Source: an uncultured Gemmatimonadales bacterium
Lineage (GTDB): Bacteria > Gemmatimonadota > Gemmatimonadetes > Gemmatimonadales > GWC2-71-9
Direction: 5' to 3'
DNA length: 64,000 nt
NCBI GenBank assembly: GCA_963795085.1
Contig: CAWCFX010000001.1
Location: forward strand, 288,001-352,000
The position numbers were made by a program, and so were the translations under genes. Position 1 is the stretch's first letter. Every line of letters starts with the position of its first letter. A model generated the notes under the pieces. The model searched no databases and was not told the origin of the DNA. It worked only from the letters and a program-made list of their open reading frames with translations. Positions 20,014 to 30,034 of the stretch are shown here, piece after piece.

Positions 20014-21057
20014 TCAGGGCAGGTAGGTGCCCCGGTGCACGTAGTTCGTTGCCAGCGCCGTCACGATGGTCGTCAGGGCCACGGTGACGGCGGTTTCGTC
20101 TCCCTCGGCGTAGCGCAGGCGCAGGGCGGCCGCCCGATCCGCCAGGTGGCGGATCAGGATCCGGGTTCGCTCCGGAAAGTGGCCCGTCCACCGGTACACG
20201 TTTCCCATCAACTCACCTTCCAGCCGGTGGAACAGGGCGGACGCCGGGCGGAACCTGGCGTTCGCATCGCGCTTGTGGCGCTGGTCCAGTTCGCCGAAAA
20301 TGGCGCGCAGGGATCCGTCCAGGCCGACGGGGAACTGCAGGTCCTGGCTGCCCAGGTGGCGGTAGAGGTCCTCGATGGAGTAGTCGATCTCGCCGACGTC
20401 CTCGTCGAGTTCCTCGTCGGTCACCACCGGGTCCTGCTCCTGGATCCGGGCGATGACCTGGTTTACGAACTGCAGCTTGGCCAGCGCCTCGGGCCAGTCG
20501 CCATACTCTTCAGCCCAATCGCTGCCCGGTTTCATCCACACGGCGAAGGTCTCCGCCCAGTCTTCGTCCGGGTGCTTCTGGGCGTACCACCCGGGCAGGT
20601 GCTGCACGAAGCGACGGCTGAACGGCTTCGGGGCGTACTCCTCGCGGTACGGCCGGGTGATCGGCCCGAACAGCCTGACCCACTCCGGATCCTCGAACAG
20701 CCGGTAGGCATAATTGACGACGTGCCCCATCTCGTGGCGCAGGTACTTGAGGATGTCCTGCGCGCTCATCCCTTCGACGTGGCCGAATCGCCGGGCATGC
20801 ATTTCGGTCAGCTCCGGCTTGGCCAGGTAGAAGGGAATCGCGATAGCCACGGTCTCGAACGGCACGCCCCACTCGGTACTCAGGTAGAACCGGGGCTTGA
20901 GCCGCTGAAATCCGCACCGGGCCAGCTCGGCTTCGAACTCCGCCAGGATGGGTTCGAGTCGGGTGCCCTTGATGGTGAGTCCCAGGTCCCGGATCGGCGT
21001 TGACCAGAGATGGGCCTCGCGCAGGCCGGCTTCCTCGGGGATGGGTGTCGCGCTCAT
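20014..21057 (-). CDS. Putative zinc-binding metallopeptidase
   Basis: LRHEMGH (HExxH), YAQKHPDEDWAETFAVW; TATAAT 7 nt upstream of ATG. Confidence 0.85.
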   Translation of the reverse strand: MSATPIPEEAGLREAHLWSTPIRDLGLTIKGTRLEPILAEFEAELARCGFQRLKPRFYLSTEWGVPFETVAIAIPFYLAKPELTEMHARRFGHVEGMSAQDILKYLRHEMGHVVNYAYRLFEDPEWVRLFGPITRPYREEYAPKPFSRRFVQHLPGWYAQKHPDEDWAETFAVWMKPGSDWAEEYGDWPEALAKLQFVNQVIARIQEQDPVVTDEELDEDVGEIDYSIEDLYRHLGSQDLQFPVGLDGSLRAIFGELDQRHKRDANARFRPASALFHRLEGELMGNVYRWTGHFPERTRILIRHLADRAAALRLRYAEGDETAVTVALTTIVTALATNYVHRGTYLP

Positions 21058-21137
21058 GGGACGTATTATATCTCGGTCTTCTCACACCTCTCTGTGATGA
21101 ACCCCTAACCCGGCCCCCGGGGCCGCACTAGGTCCGC

Positions 21138-22352
21138 TTGACAGCCGTGAACCCCCCGCGATACCCGAACCAGGGCGGCAGTCATATCCCCAAGACAGTC
21201 AAGGGGTTAAGCATTGTCAGCCTGTTCAATGACTTTGCCAGCGAGATGGTCTATCCGCTGTTGCCGGCCTTTATCACCAGGACCCTGGGAGGCAGCCCCG
21301 TCCTGCTCGGGTTACTCGATGGAGCCGCGGAGCTTACCGCCGCCCTGACCAAGCTGGTCAGCGGCCGGTTGGCGGACCGCCCGGGGTGGAAACGTCCGCT
21401 CATTCTGGGGGGATACCTGAGCGCGGTGCTCATCCGTCCCCTCATGGCCCTGACAGGGGCGGCCTGGCAGGTGGTGGGGTTCCGGGTCATCGACCGGGTC
21501 GGGAAGGGACTGCGGACGCCGGCGCGAGACGCACTGATCGCGGGTGTCACCCCGCCGGCAGTGCGAGGCCGTGCCTACGGATTCCACCGGGGAGCCGACC
21601 ATCTCGGCGCGGTCCTCGGTTCGGTGACGGCATGGGGGTTTCTTCAAGCCAACACGGACGTGCGCACCGTGCTGGCCTGGAGCCTTGCCCCGGGCCTGAT
21701 CGCGTTCCTGGTGCTGGTGTTCGTGCTCAAGAGGAAAGAGGTCGATGCCGCCGCGCCCCTGCCGCCAGCGGTGTCTGCGGCCCAGCCGGTGCCGCCCGCC
21801 ACCGGCTTCTGGGCCCCGGTGCTCGCACTGGCCGCCCTCACCTTTTTCCGGCTGCCCGAAGCCCTGCTGATTCTTCGATTGCAGGACCTCGGTGTTGCGG
21901 TGGTCGTGATTCCCCTGGTGTGGGCCGGGCTTCACGTGGTGCGTACCCTGGCCTCGTATCCCGGCGGGTGGCTGGCCGACCGGGTTGGGCCGAGGCTCAC
22001 CATCTTTGCCGGCGGCGCGCTGGCGGCGGCTGTCGCGTTTCTCCTGGGGATGAACCTCTCGCGGCCGGCCGCTATCGGCGCGTTCCTGGGTTTCGGCCTG
22101 ATCGCGGGACTGATGGAATCAGCGGAACGGTTGCTGGTGACGCGGCTCGCTCCGCTTCAAACCGGCCGCGGGTTTGGATACTATCACGCGGTCACCGGCC
22201 TCGCTGCCCTGCCGGCGGGACTTACGTTCGGCTGGGTCTACCAGGATTTCGGGGGAGGGGCGGCGCTGTGGGCATCCTCGGTTTGCCTTGGCATGGCGCT
22301 GGTGTTGTGGCTGGTGGTGAGCGGGGGGCGACGGCTGCACCCGGCGCCCTGA
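21138..22352 (+). CDS. MFS transporter
   Basis: SLFNDFASEMVYPLLP, SGRLADR, DRVGKGLRTPARDALI; about 12 TM. Confidence 0.9.
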   Translation: MTAVNPPRYPNQGGSHIPKTVKGLSIVSLFNDFASEMVYPLLPAFITRTLGGSPVLLGLLDGAAELTAALTKLVSGRLADRPGWKRPLILGGYLSAVLIRPLMALTGAAWQVVGFRVIDRVGKGLRTPARDALIAGVTPPAVRGRAYGFHRGADHLGAVLGSVTAWGFLQANTDVRTVLAWSLAPGLIAFLVLVFVLKRKEVDAAAPLPPAVSAAQPVPPATGFWAPVLALAALTFFRLPEALLILRLQDLGVAVVVIPLVWAGLHVVRTLASYPGGWLADRVGPRLTIFAGGALAAAVAFLLGMNLSRPAAIGAFLGFGLIAGLMESAERLLVTRLAPLQTGRGFGYYHAVTGLAALPAGLTFGWVYQDFGGGAALWASSVCLGMALVLWLVVSGGRRLHPAP

Positions 22353-22381
22353 GGCCTCCGCCCCCTATAGAGGGAATATCG
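22351..22381 (+). repeat. Dispersed 31-bp element, copy 2
   Basis: Identical to 8627-8657; overlaps the MFS stop codon. Confidence 0.95.
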
Positions 22382-22470
22382 GGCGAGAACCCGGGACGGT
22401 GGTAACCGGTCTTACGCGTGCGTCAGCGGAATAGCGCGGGCATGAACTCAGCGGTATGTCCCGCGACCGC

Positions 22471-22600
22471 GGCCCTCTTGCCCTCTTGCCCCCTTCAGTT
22501 CCCCTGACCCCCTGACCCCCTGACCCCCTGACCCACCTGACCCACTGACCCACTGACCCACTGACCCACTGACCCACTGACCCTTGGCCCCCTTAGCCCC
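22471..22600. repeat. Graded tandem octamer array (GCCCTCTT, CCCCTGAC, CCCACTGA, CCCTT(G/A)GC units)
   Basis: About 8-bp period with drifting unit sequence; reaches the SGNH stop codon. Confidence 0.9.
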
Positions 22601-23216
22601 CGAGGGCCGCGCGTGCCTCCCCCAGGATTTCGCTTGTCCACAGCCGATACATCTCGCCCGATGGGTGCAGTCCATCTTCCGCGGTGAGACCGGGCTCCGT
22701 CTCCGCCAGCCGGGAGAGGAGAGTCACATCCACATATCGCACCCCGGCCTGGCCGGCTTCCTCCCGGTTCACCCGGTTAAAGCGATCGATCGCGGCGCCG
22801 ATCGCCCTGCGGTCCTGCCCCGCGGCGAAGGGGGTAACGCCCCAGTCGGGAATGGAAATGACTACGACCCGACGGGGGCGTCTACCAGCCAATCCCACGG
22901 CCCGGTCGAGCAGCCGCTTGAACTCCTCGCGGTAGTTGCCCTCGTCCCGCCCGCGATACTGGTTGTTGACGCCGATGAGAAGCGTGACCAGGTCGAAGGG
23001 GCCCTGGGGTGCCTCCTCGACAATGGCCGTCTCCAGCTCGTCGGTCGTCCAGCCGGTCCGGGCGATGATGGTGACGGAGTCCAGCGGTATCCCCTCTCTC
23101 CTCAACCCGATGGCCAGCTGGGCCGGCCAGCGCTCGCCGGGGCTGACGCTCTCGCCCACTGTGTAGGAATCGCCCAGCGCGAGCAGCTGGAACACCAGTC
23201 CGGCCGTCAACAGCAC
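22593..23216 (-). CDS. SGNH/GDSL hydrolase
   Basis: GDSYT, ARTGWTT, IGVNN, DGLHPS. Confidence 0.92.
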   Translation of the reverse strand: MLLTAGLVFQLLALGDSYTVGESVSPGERWPAQLAIGLRREGIPLDSVTIIARTGWTTDELETAIVEEAPQGPFDLVTLLIGVNNQYRGRDEGNYREEFKRLLDRAVGLAGRRPRRVVVISIPDWGVTPFAAGQDRRAIGAAIDRFNRVNREEAGQAGVRYVDVTLLSRLAETEPGLTAEDGLHPSGEMYRLWTSEILGEARAALGG

Positions 23217-23377
23217 CGGCTGCCGGCGCCCGAGTACCGCGTCTCCAGGTACCGGTCATAGAACTCCCGCTCGGTGAGGGGGGGCCGGTCGGCGTGGTAC
23301 GTCCGCGCGTGCGCGAGGTAGCGCTGGTAGTCCGGCATTCCGCTGATGCGCCGGATCAAGGTGAGCAGTTGCCTCAA
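23207..23377 (-). CDS. YbdD/YjiX family small protein (CstA-associated)
   Basis: Not in the ORF track; TTG start with SD AGGAG; (M)RQLLTLIRRISGMPDYQRYLAHARTYHADRPPLTEREFYDRYLETRYSGAGSRCC; directly after cstA. Confidence 0.88.
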   Translation of the reverse strand: MRQLLTLIRRISGMPDYQRYLAHARTYHADRPPLTEREFYDRYLETRYSGAGSRCC

Positions 23378-23393
23378 GATTTTGCTCCTGTCG

Positions 23394-25427
23394 CTAGGCC
23401 GTGAGCGCCGATTCCACGAAGGGGGCTTCGGAGGTGACGGCTGGTTTCTTCCGGGCGAGCACCAGGTACCATTCCCGGACCGACATGATCACTACCAGGA
23501 CAACGACAATCATGAACGCCCCGGCGACCACCGCGTCCAGCCGGTCGTTGAAAATGAGCCGGGCGCCCCGGGCCGATTCCATGGTACCCAGGGCGACCTG
23601 GTCCCGTACCCAGGCGGCGTGAGAGAGAAAACCCAGCTTGGGCTCGGGCGAGAAGATCTTCTGGTACCCGGCGGTGAGGGTCACGATGAGCAGCCAGGCC
23701 AGCGGGACCACCGTGACCCACGCGAAGCGCGCCTTTCCGCTCTTGATCAGGATCGTGGTTCCCACGCAGAGCGCGATGCCGGCCAGGAGCTGGTTGCTGA
23801 TGCCGAACAGGGGCCAGAGCGAATTGATCCCTCCGAGCGGGTCCAGGACGCCCTGCACCAGGAAGAATCCCCATCCCGCCACGACCAGGGCCGAGGTGAT
23901 GATGATGCTGGGATACCACGATGTGCGGCCCAGCGGCGCCCAGAGGTGACTCCCCAGTTCCTGGAGCATGAAGCGGCCGACCCGGGTGCCCGTGTCCACG
24001 GTGGTCAGGATGAACAGCGCCTCGAACATGATGGCGAAATGGTACCAGAGGGCCATCATACTCGGTCCGAACACCCCGCTGAAGATCTGGGCCATGCCCA
24101 CGGCGAGCGAGGGCGCCCCCCCGGTGCGGGCCAGGAGCGAGGACTCGCCGACCGACGCCGCCAGGGCCTCCATCTGGCCGGGGGTCACCACGAACCCCCA
24201 CTGCCGGATCGTCTCGGCGGCAGCGTCCAGGCTGCCGCCCAGCACCGCGAGGGGCGCGTTGATGGCGAAGTACACTCCCGGGTCGAGCACCGCCGCCGCC
24301 GTCATGGCCATCACCGCTACGAAGGATTCCATCAGCATGCCCCCGTAGCCGATCACCCGGGCGTCTTCTTCCCGGCGCAGCATCTTCGGGGTGGTCCCGG
24401 AAGCCACCAGCGCGTGGAACCCGCTGATCGCCCCGCAGGCGATAGTAATGAATGCAAAGGGAAAGAGCTTCCCGGCGAAGACCGGACCGGTTCCATCAAT
24501 GAACGGGGTCAGCGCCGGCAGCTTGAGCGGTGGCAGGATCACCAGGATACCCACCGCCAGCAGCAGGATGGTCCCTATTTTCATGAAAGTGGACAGGTAG
24601 TCCCGGGGACAGAGCAGCATCCAGACCGGCAGGACACTCGCCACGAAACCGTAGGCGATCATCCAGCCCGCGATCTCGGTCCCGCTCAGCGTGAAGACCG
24701 GGCCCAGCACCGGGGACTCGGCCACGTACCGCCCGGCCACCAGCGCCACCAGCAGCATGACGACGCCAAAGGCCGATGCTTCGATAGTCTTTCCCGGGCG
24801 CCACACCTTCATCCAGAACCCCATCAGGATGGCGATGGGAATGGTGCAGGCAATGGTAAACACGCCCCAGGCGCTGTCACGCAGCGCGTTGACCACGACC
24901 AGGGCCAGCACCGCGAGCAGGATGATCATGATGGCAAGCACCGCCGCCATCGTGAGCAGGCCGGTGACCGGGCCGATCTCCTCCTTGGCCATCTGCCCCA
25001 GCGATTTCCCGTCCCGGCGCATCGAGGCGAACAGGATCACGAAGTCCTGTACCGCGCCGCCCAGCACCACGCCGAACACGATCCAGAGGGTGCCCGGGAG
25101 GTAGCCGAACTGGGCGGCGAGGACGGGACCGACCAGCGGTCCGGCCCCGGCGATGGCGGCGAAGTGGTGGCCAAAAAGAACCCACCGGGTGGTGGGAACG
25201 AAATCGCAGCCGTTGTTGAGGCGCTCGGACGGTGTGGCCCGGCGGTTGTCGAGGCCGAGGACCCGGGTGGCGAGGAAGCGGCTGTAGAAGCGATAGGCCA
25301 CCAGGTAGGTGCCCACCGCGGCCAGCACCAGCCACGCGGCGCTGACCGATTCGCCCTGGTGTAACGCCAGGACGCCCCAGCCGGCGGCGCCGGCCAGTGC
25401 GATGAGAAACCAGAGGGTGCGGTGCAT
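23394..25427 (-). CDS. cstA: Carbon starvation protein A (peptide/pyruvate transporter family)
   Basis: FGHHFAAIAGAGPLVGP, PVWMLLCPRDYLS, IACGAISGFH, LWPLFGISNQLLA; start set at ATG 25427. Confidence 0.93.
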   Translation of the reverse strand: MHRTLWFLIALAGAAGWGVLALHQGESVSAAWLVLAAVGTYLVAYRFYSRFLATRVLGLDNRRATPSERLNNGCDFVPTTRWVLFGHHFAAIAGAGPLVGPVLAAQFGYLPGTLWIVFGVVLGGAVQDFVILFASMRRDGKSLGQMAKEEIGPVTGLLTMAAVLAIMIILLAVLALVVVNALRDSAWGVFTIACTIPIAILMGFWMKVWRPGKTIEASAFGVVMLLVALVAGRYVAESPVLGPVFTLSGTEIAGWMIAYGFVASVLPVWMLLCPRDYLSTFMKIGTILLLAVGILVILPPLKLPALTPFIDGTGPVFAGKLFPFAFITIACGAISGFHALVASGTTPKMLRREEDARVIGYGGMLMESFVAVMAMTAAAVLDPGVYFAINAPLAVLGGSLDAAAETIRQWGFVVTPGQMEALAASVGESSLLARTGGAPSLAVGMAQIFSGVFGPSMMALWYHFAIMFEALFILTTVDTGTRVGRFMLQELGSHLWAPLGRTSWYPSIIITSALVVAGWGFFLVQGVLDPLGGINSLWPLFGISNQLLAGIALCVGTTILIKSGKARFAWVTVVPLAWLLIVTLTAGYQKIFSPEPKLGFLSHAAWVRDQVALGTMESARGARLIFNDRLDAVVAGAFMIVVVLVVIMSVREWYLVLARKKPAVTSEAPFVESALTA

Positions 25428-25577
25428 AGGCCTGAATCTAGGAAGGGCGGAAGAAACAGGCCAGACAAATGGTCGAGCGGCCAGTGCTAAATGGCCAATG
25501 ATCAGACTCGCCCGGACCGACCCTGTGGGCCTGGCGGCCAACCTTGCCACCCCCGACCTGCCGCCGTACCTTGGCGC

Positions 25578-26438
25578 ATGCCCTACCACTCGAGCTACGG
25601 CTCCGAATCCGGTTGGATCCGGGAACGCCGGTCTTCCGGGGCCACCCTGGAGCAGCCCCAGCCGCAGCCCGTCGCCGCCGGATTTCGCGGCAAGGTCGCC
25701 GTCGTCACCGGGGGCGCCACCGGGCTGGGCCGGGCCATTGCCATGGAGTTCGGCCGGCTCGGCTGCCACGTCGCCTTCTGTTTCGTGGACTTGCCCGGCC
25801 GCGACGTCACCGAACAGGCGGTGCTCACCGAAACCGCGCTCACGGCCATGGGCGCCACGGTGCATGCCGCCCGGTGCGATGTCCGGGACCGGCACGCGGT
25901 CGAGCGGTTCGTCAGCGAAACCCGGGCCCGCCTTGGCGGCGTTCACTATCTCGTGAACAACGCGGGAATCGCGATGGATGGCGCGCTCTGGCGGCTGAGC
26001 GAATCCGCCTGGCGGGATGTGCTGGAGACCAACGTGACCGGGGCCTTCAACTGCATCCGCGCGGTCGCGCCGGCGTTTCGGGAACAGCACTGGGGCAAGA
26101 TCGTCAGCGTCAGCGCGCACCAGGCCGACCGGCCCGGCTTCGGCGTCGCCAACTATGCCGCGAGCAAGGCAGCGCTGGTCGGGCTGACCAAGGCGGCCGC
26201 GGTCGAGCTGGGCCCGGTGAACGTCAACGTCAACGCGGTGGCCCCCGGCTTCATCCGCACCGAGCGGATCACCCAACTCCCCAAGGAGATCCTGGAGCGG
26301 GCCCAGCGCACCAGCGTCCTGGGCCGGCTGGCCGAGACGGAGGATATCGCCCACGTGGTATCGTTCCTCTGTTCCGACGAAGCTCGCCACATTACCGGTC
26401 AGACGCTGGTCGTGGATGGAGGGCTCAGCCTGGAGTGA
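25578..26438 (+). CDS. SDR family oxidoreductase (FabG-like)
   Basis: TGGATGLG, NNAG, YAASK, NAVAPG; TTGCCA-17-TACCTT just before the ATG. Confidence 0.9.
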   Translation: MPYHSSYGSESGWIRERRSSGATLEQPQPQPVAAGFRGKVAVVTGGATGLGRAIAMEFGRLGCHVAFCFVDLPGRDVTEQAVLTETALTAMGATVHAARCDVRDRHAVERFVSETRARLGGVHYLVNNAGIAMDGALWRLSESAWRDVLETNVTGAFNCIRAVAPAFREQHWGKIVSVSAHQADRPGFGVANYAASKAALVGLTKAAAVELGPVNVNVNAVAPGFIRTERITQLPKEILERAQRTSVLGRLAETEDIAHVVSFLCSDEARHITGQTLVVDGGLSLE

Positions 26439-28257
26439 TCCACCCCCCACGATCCTTACGAAACCCCCTCTGCCGACACCGGGTTTGAGCCAGCGTCGCG
26501 CCTCCGCTCCCCGCCTGCTGATCGTCGGCCTCTGGTTCGGACTCCTCACCGGGTTCGCCGAAGTGCTGGCCATGGCTCTCAAGCTCTATGTCGTCGGGGA
26601 GTTTCTCACCCTGAGCCCCCACGCGGTCTGGATGGCACCCGTAGTGGACGCGATCCTGTTCGTCGGCATCACCGCGACTCTCCTCCTGGTGCGATCGCTT
26701 CTGCCCCGGTTCGGCGCGGCGGAAATCGCCGGCGTTCTCGTGTTCGCCGGGATGGTCGCGGTGCTGCTCCCCTTCCGGGGCCTTCATATCGCCGCCTCTC
26801 TCCTGATCGCCGCCGGCGTGGGCGTGCAGGCTGCCCGCCTGGTGCGGGGCCGGGAGACCGGACTGACCCGGATCGCCGCGCGCGGCGCCAGTGGCCTCCT
26901 GGTCGTCACCCTGGTCCTGGCGGTGACCATGCTGGTGCGGGAGCGGTCAGAGACGAGCGGGGAAACATCCGGACTGCCGGCCCCGGCGGGCGCGCCCAGC
27001 ATTCTCCTGGTTATCCTGGACACGGTCCGGGCCCGCAGCATGAGCCTCTACGGGTCGCCCCGCCCGACCACCCCGAAGCTGGCCGAGTTCGCCGCGCGGG
27101 GCCTGGTGTTCGAGAGAGCCATCGCGCCGGCGCCCTGGACCCTGCCCAGCCACGCCAGCATGTTCACCGGGCGGTATCCCACGGAGCTGGCCACCAACTG
27201 GAATACCCCGCTCGAAAAAGGTCCCGCCACTCTCGCCGAGGTGTTGTCGGAACGGGGATACGCCACCGCGGGGTTCGTCGCCAACTATCGCTATACCGGG
27301 TGGGAAACCGGCCTGGGTCGAGGCTTCCGCCATTACGATGACTATCGGATCACCGTGGGCGAGATGCTCCGAAGCGCCGCGCTTACGTCCGGTGTGCACA
27401 AGACCCTCGGGAGCCGGCTCGGCCTTCCCCCATTGCGTCCGCGGGTGGACGCGACCGACATCAACCGTCGTTTCCTCGACTGGCTGGACCGGCGCTCCGC
27501 GCCGGGACCGTTTTTCGTGTTCCTCAATTACCTCGACGCGCATGATCCGTATGACGCTTCCCCTGGATTCCAGGAAGCCTTCGCGCCTGGACCTCGGGAA
27601 GCCCGGCCCCGGGACGGCGTCCATGTGACCGAGCCGCAGGCTGGGCCGGAGCTCCGCCTGTACGAAGCGGCGATCGCCTACCTCGATTCCGCCGTCGGCG
27701 GGATGCTGGACGAACTGGAGCGGCGTGGAGAGCTGGCGAACACGCTGGTCGTGATCACCTCGGATCACGGGGAGGAATTCGCCGAGCACGGGATCATGGG
27801 GCATGCGGCCAGCCTGTACCGTCCCTCGGTTGAGGTGCCCCTGGTGCTCTGGTATCCCGCCCGCCTCGCGGCGGGACGGTTGCCGGGACCGGTCAGCCTG
27901 CGCAACCTGCCGGCCACCATCCTGGACCTGTCCGGCAGCGTCGAGCCGCGAATTCCGGGACGCTCCTGGCGGCGCCTCTGGGACGGCACCGCATCGGAGG
28001 GCGACACCGTGATATCCCACATCCGCAGGCTGATCAACCAGCCCGAGTGGTGGCCGGCCAGCCAGGGCGACATGATTTCGATGGTCGGCGGCGGCTATCG
28101 CTACATCCTGACGGAAGGGAGCGCCCGGGAGGAGCTGTTTGATTTTGAGGCTGACGTGGAGGAACGGCGGGAGCTCTCGGGAACGCCGGCGGACAGTATG
28201 CTTCCCGCGTTCCGCGCGGCGGTGCAAGCCTTCACTCGCTCGGCCCCACGCCATTAA
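26416..28257 (+). CDS. Sulfatase-like hydrolase with N-terminal membrane domain (start uncertain, possibly TTG 26485)
   Basis: About 5 TM, then LDTVRA, WTLPSHASMFTG, YLDAHDPY, TSDHGEEF. Confidence 0.88.
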   Translation: MEGSAWSDPPPTILTKPPLPTPGLSQRRASAPRLLIVGLWFGLLTGFAEVLAMALKLYVVGEFLTLSPHAVWMAPVVDAILFVGITATLLLVRSLLPRFGAAEIAGVLVFAGMVAVLLPFRGLHIAASLLIAAGVGVQAARLVRGRETGLTRIAARGASGLLVVTLVLAVTMLVRERSETSGETSGLPAPAGAPSILLVILDTVRARSMSLYGSPRPTTPKLAEFAARGLVFERAIAPAPWTLPSHASMFTGRYPTELATNWNTPLEKGPATLAEVLSERGYATAGFVANYRYTGWETGLGRGFRHYDDYRITVGEMLRSAALTSGVHKTLGSRLGLPPLRPRVDATDINRRFLDWLDRRSAPGPFFVFLNYLDAHDPYDASPGFQEAFAPGPREARPRDGVHVTEPQAGPELRLYEAAIAYLDSAVGGMLDELERRGELANTLVVITSDHGEEFAEHGIMGHAASLYRPSVEVPLVLWYPARLAAGRLPGPVSLRNLPATILDLSGSVEPRIPGRSWRRLWDGTASEGDTVISHIRRLINQPEWWPASQGDMISMVGGGYRYILTEGSAREELFDFEADVEERRELSGTPADSMLPAFRAAVQAFTRSAPRH

Positions 28258-28295
28258 GTTCGAGCACCCGCCGGGCCTTCGGCGGCCTGCCCCCA

Positions 28296-28326
28296 GAGGC
28301 CTCCGCCCCCTATAGAGGGAATATCG
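28296..28326 (+). repeat. Dispersed 31-bp element, copy 3
   Basis: Identical to 8627-8657. Confidence 0.95.
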
Positions 28327-28343
28327 GTTCCCATGTCGCCATC

Positions 28344-29021
28344 GTGATAACCCAGATACTGCAGCACCGGGCTGAAAAACCGCGACGCTGGGCCGGGGTC
28401 CTTCTCCTTGCCATGCTGGCCGGATGCGGCCGCTCGGCGGCGGAAGGGGAGGGGAAAACACCGCCCCCGGTGCCCGACCGGGCTCTCTTCACCGCGCCCC
28501 TGGCCGGCGAGAAGGTCCCCGTCCTGCCGGTGAGCATGATCATCGTGAGCCCGCCGTTCAGTAGTGACCCGCTCTTCGCGCAGCGGCCCGCCGCGCTCCA
28601 GTGGGCCGATTCGCTGCTGCAGGTGGCCCTGGAAAACCGGGCGCCCGACATCAACTGGGTCTTTCCCGCCGACCTCCGGGCCATCGCCAAGCGGGCGCCG
28701 ACCGTGGCCCCCGATCCCGACAAGATGGGGCAGAGTGTCATGGCCGCGCCCCGGCTGGACTTCATGCCGGACCCGCTCCGCAGCTATGCCCGGAGCCTGG
28801 TCGCGATCGCGGGCGGCCGTCACTTGCTGATCCCCGCCGCCTTCGCGATCAACCCGGCGGCCGCGGGCGGCGTCAAGGCAGACCTCTCGATCGTGCTCAC
28901 CGATGTGCGGAATGGCCGGGTCGTCTGGCGCACCCTGGCCGTCGGCGAGGGCGCCACTCCGGCGGAAGCGGTGGCTGATGCGCTGGTCGGCATGATTCCC
29001 CTGCCCACCGGATCCGAATGA
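28344..29021 (+). CDS. Hypothetical lipoprotein (start uncertain)
   Basis: Lipobox LAGC; D...G.VVW motif; stop overlaps the next ATG. Confidence 0.75.
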   Translation: MITQILQHRAEKPRRWAGVLLLAMLAGCGRSAAEGEGKTPPPVPDRALFTAPLAGEKVPVLPVSMIIVSPPFSSDPLFAQRPAALQWADSLLQVALENRAPDINWVFPADLRAIAKRAPTVAPDPDKMGQSVMAAPRLDFMPDPLRSYARSLVAIAGGRHLLIPAAFAINPAAAGGVKADLSIVLTDVRNGRVVWRTLAVGEGATPAEAVADALVGMIPLPTGSE

Positions 29022-30034
29022 CCCACCGGGTTACCCTGATTCCCGGCGACGGGATCGGCCCCGAGATCACGGCGGAAACCGTGAAGGTGCTGGAACGCAC
29101 CGGCCTCGCCTTCGACTGGGATGAGCAGATCGCCGGGATGACCGCCGTGGACGCCACCGGCACGCCGCTGCCCGACGCGACCCTGGACAGCATCCGGAAG
29201 ACCCGGCTGGCGCTCAAGGGGCCCCTGACGACCCCGGTTGGCACCGGCTTCCGCTCGGTCAACGTCGCCCTGCGGAAGGAGTTCGAACTCTTCGCCAACG
29301 TGCGGCCGGCCAAGTCCATCGTCCCGGGGGGGCGCTTCGAGGACGTGGATATCGTGATGATCCGGGAGAACCTGGAAGGGCTGTACGTCGGGGTGGAGCA
29401 CTTCGTCCAGGTCGGCGATGACCCCCGCGCGGTGGGGGAGTCGCTCGCCATCGTCACCCGGGCGGGGTGTGAGCGGATCGTCCGCTATGCCTTTGAGTAC
29501 GCGCTGCGGCGGGGACGGCGCAAGGTCACGATCGTGCACAAGGCGAACATCCTGAAGATGGTCAGCGGCCTCTTTCTCGAAGTCGGCCGGGCGGTCCAGC
29601 AGGAATATGCCGGCCGGATCGAGTCCAACGACATGATCGTGGATAATGCCGCCATGCAACTGGTGATTCGTCCCGAGCAGTTCGACGTCATGGTGACGAC
29701 CAACATGTTCGGCGACATCCTGAGCGACGAGATTTCCGGCCTGGTGGGCGGGCTCGGCCTGGCCCCGGGTGCCAACATCGGAACCCACGCGGCCATCTTC
29801 GAAGCGGTGCACGGCAGCGCACCCGATATCGCCGGCAAGGGAGTCGCGAACCCGTCGGCCCAGATGCTGGCCGCCGCCCTGATGCTCGATCATCTGGGCG
29901 AGGTCGAGTGGGGCAACCGGGTACGTCGCGCCATCGAGCGCACGATCGTGGACGACAACATCCGCACCCGCGACCTCGGCGGGAGCGCCAGCACCAGCGG
30001 GTTCGGCGATGCCGTTGTCCGCCGGCTTACCTGA
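29018..30034 (+). CDS. Isocitrate/isopropylmalate dehydrogenase family (probable NAD-IDH)
   Basis: IPGDGIGPEI, SVNVALRK, RENLEGLY, HKANILK, NMFGDILSD, EAVHGSAPDIAG. Confidence 0.92.
   Translation: MTHRVTLIPGDGIGPEITAETVKVLERTGLAFDWDEQIAGMTAVDATGTPLPDATLDSIRKTRLALKGPLTTPVGTGFRSVNVALRKEFELFANVRPAKSIVPGGRFEDVDIVMIRENLEGLYVGVEHFVQVGDDPRAVGESLAIVTRAGCERIVRYAFEYALRRGRRKVTIVHKANILKMVSGLFLEVGRAVQQEYAGRIESNDMIVDNAAMQLVIRPEQFDVMVTTNMFGDILSDEISGLVGGLGLAPGANIGTHAAIFEAVHGSAPDIAGKGVANPSAQMLAAALMLDHLGEVEWGNRVRRAIERTIVDDNIRTRDLGGSASTSGFGDAVVRRLT

Noticed and set aside
23394..26582. 1062-aa ORF as a giant CstA fusion
   Set aside because: The extension is the antisense shadow of the SDR gene; CstA homology and a -10 element support a start at 25427.
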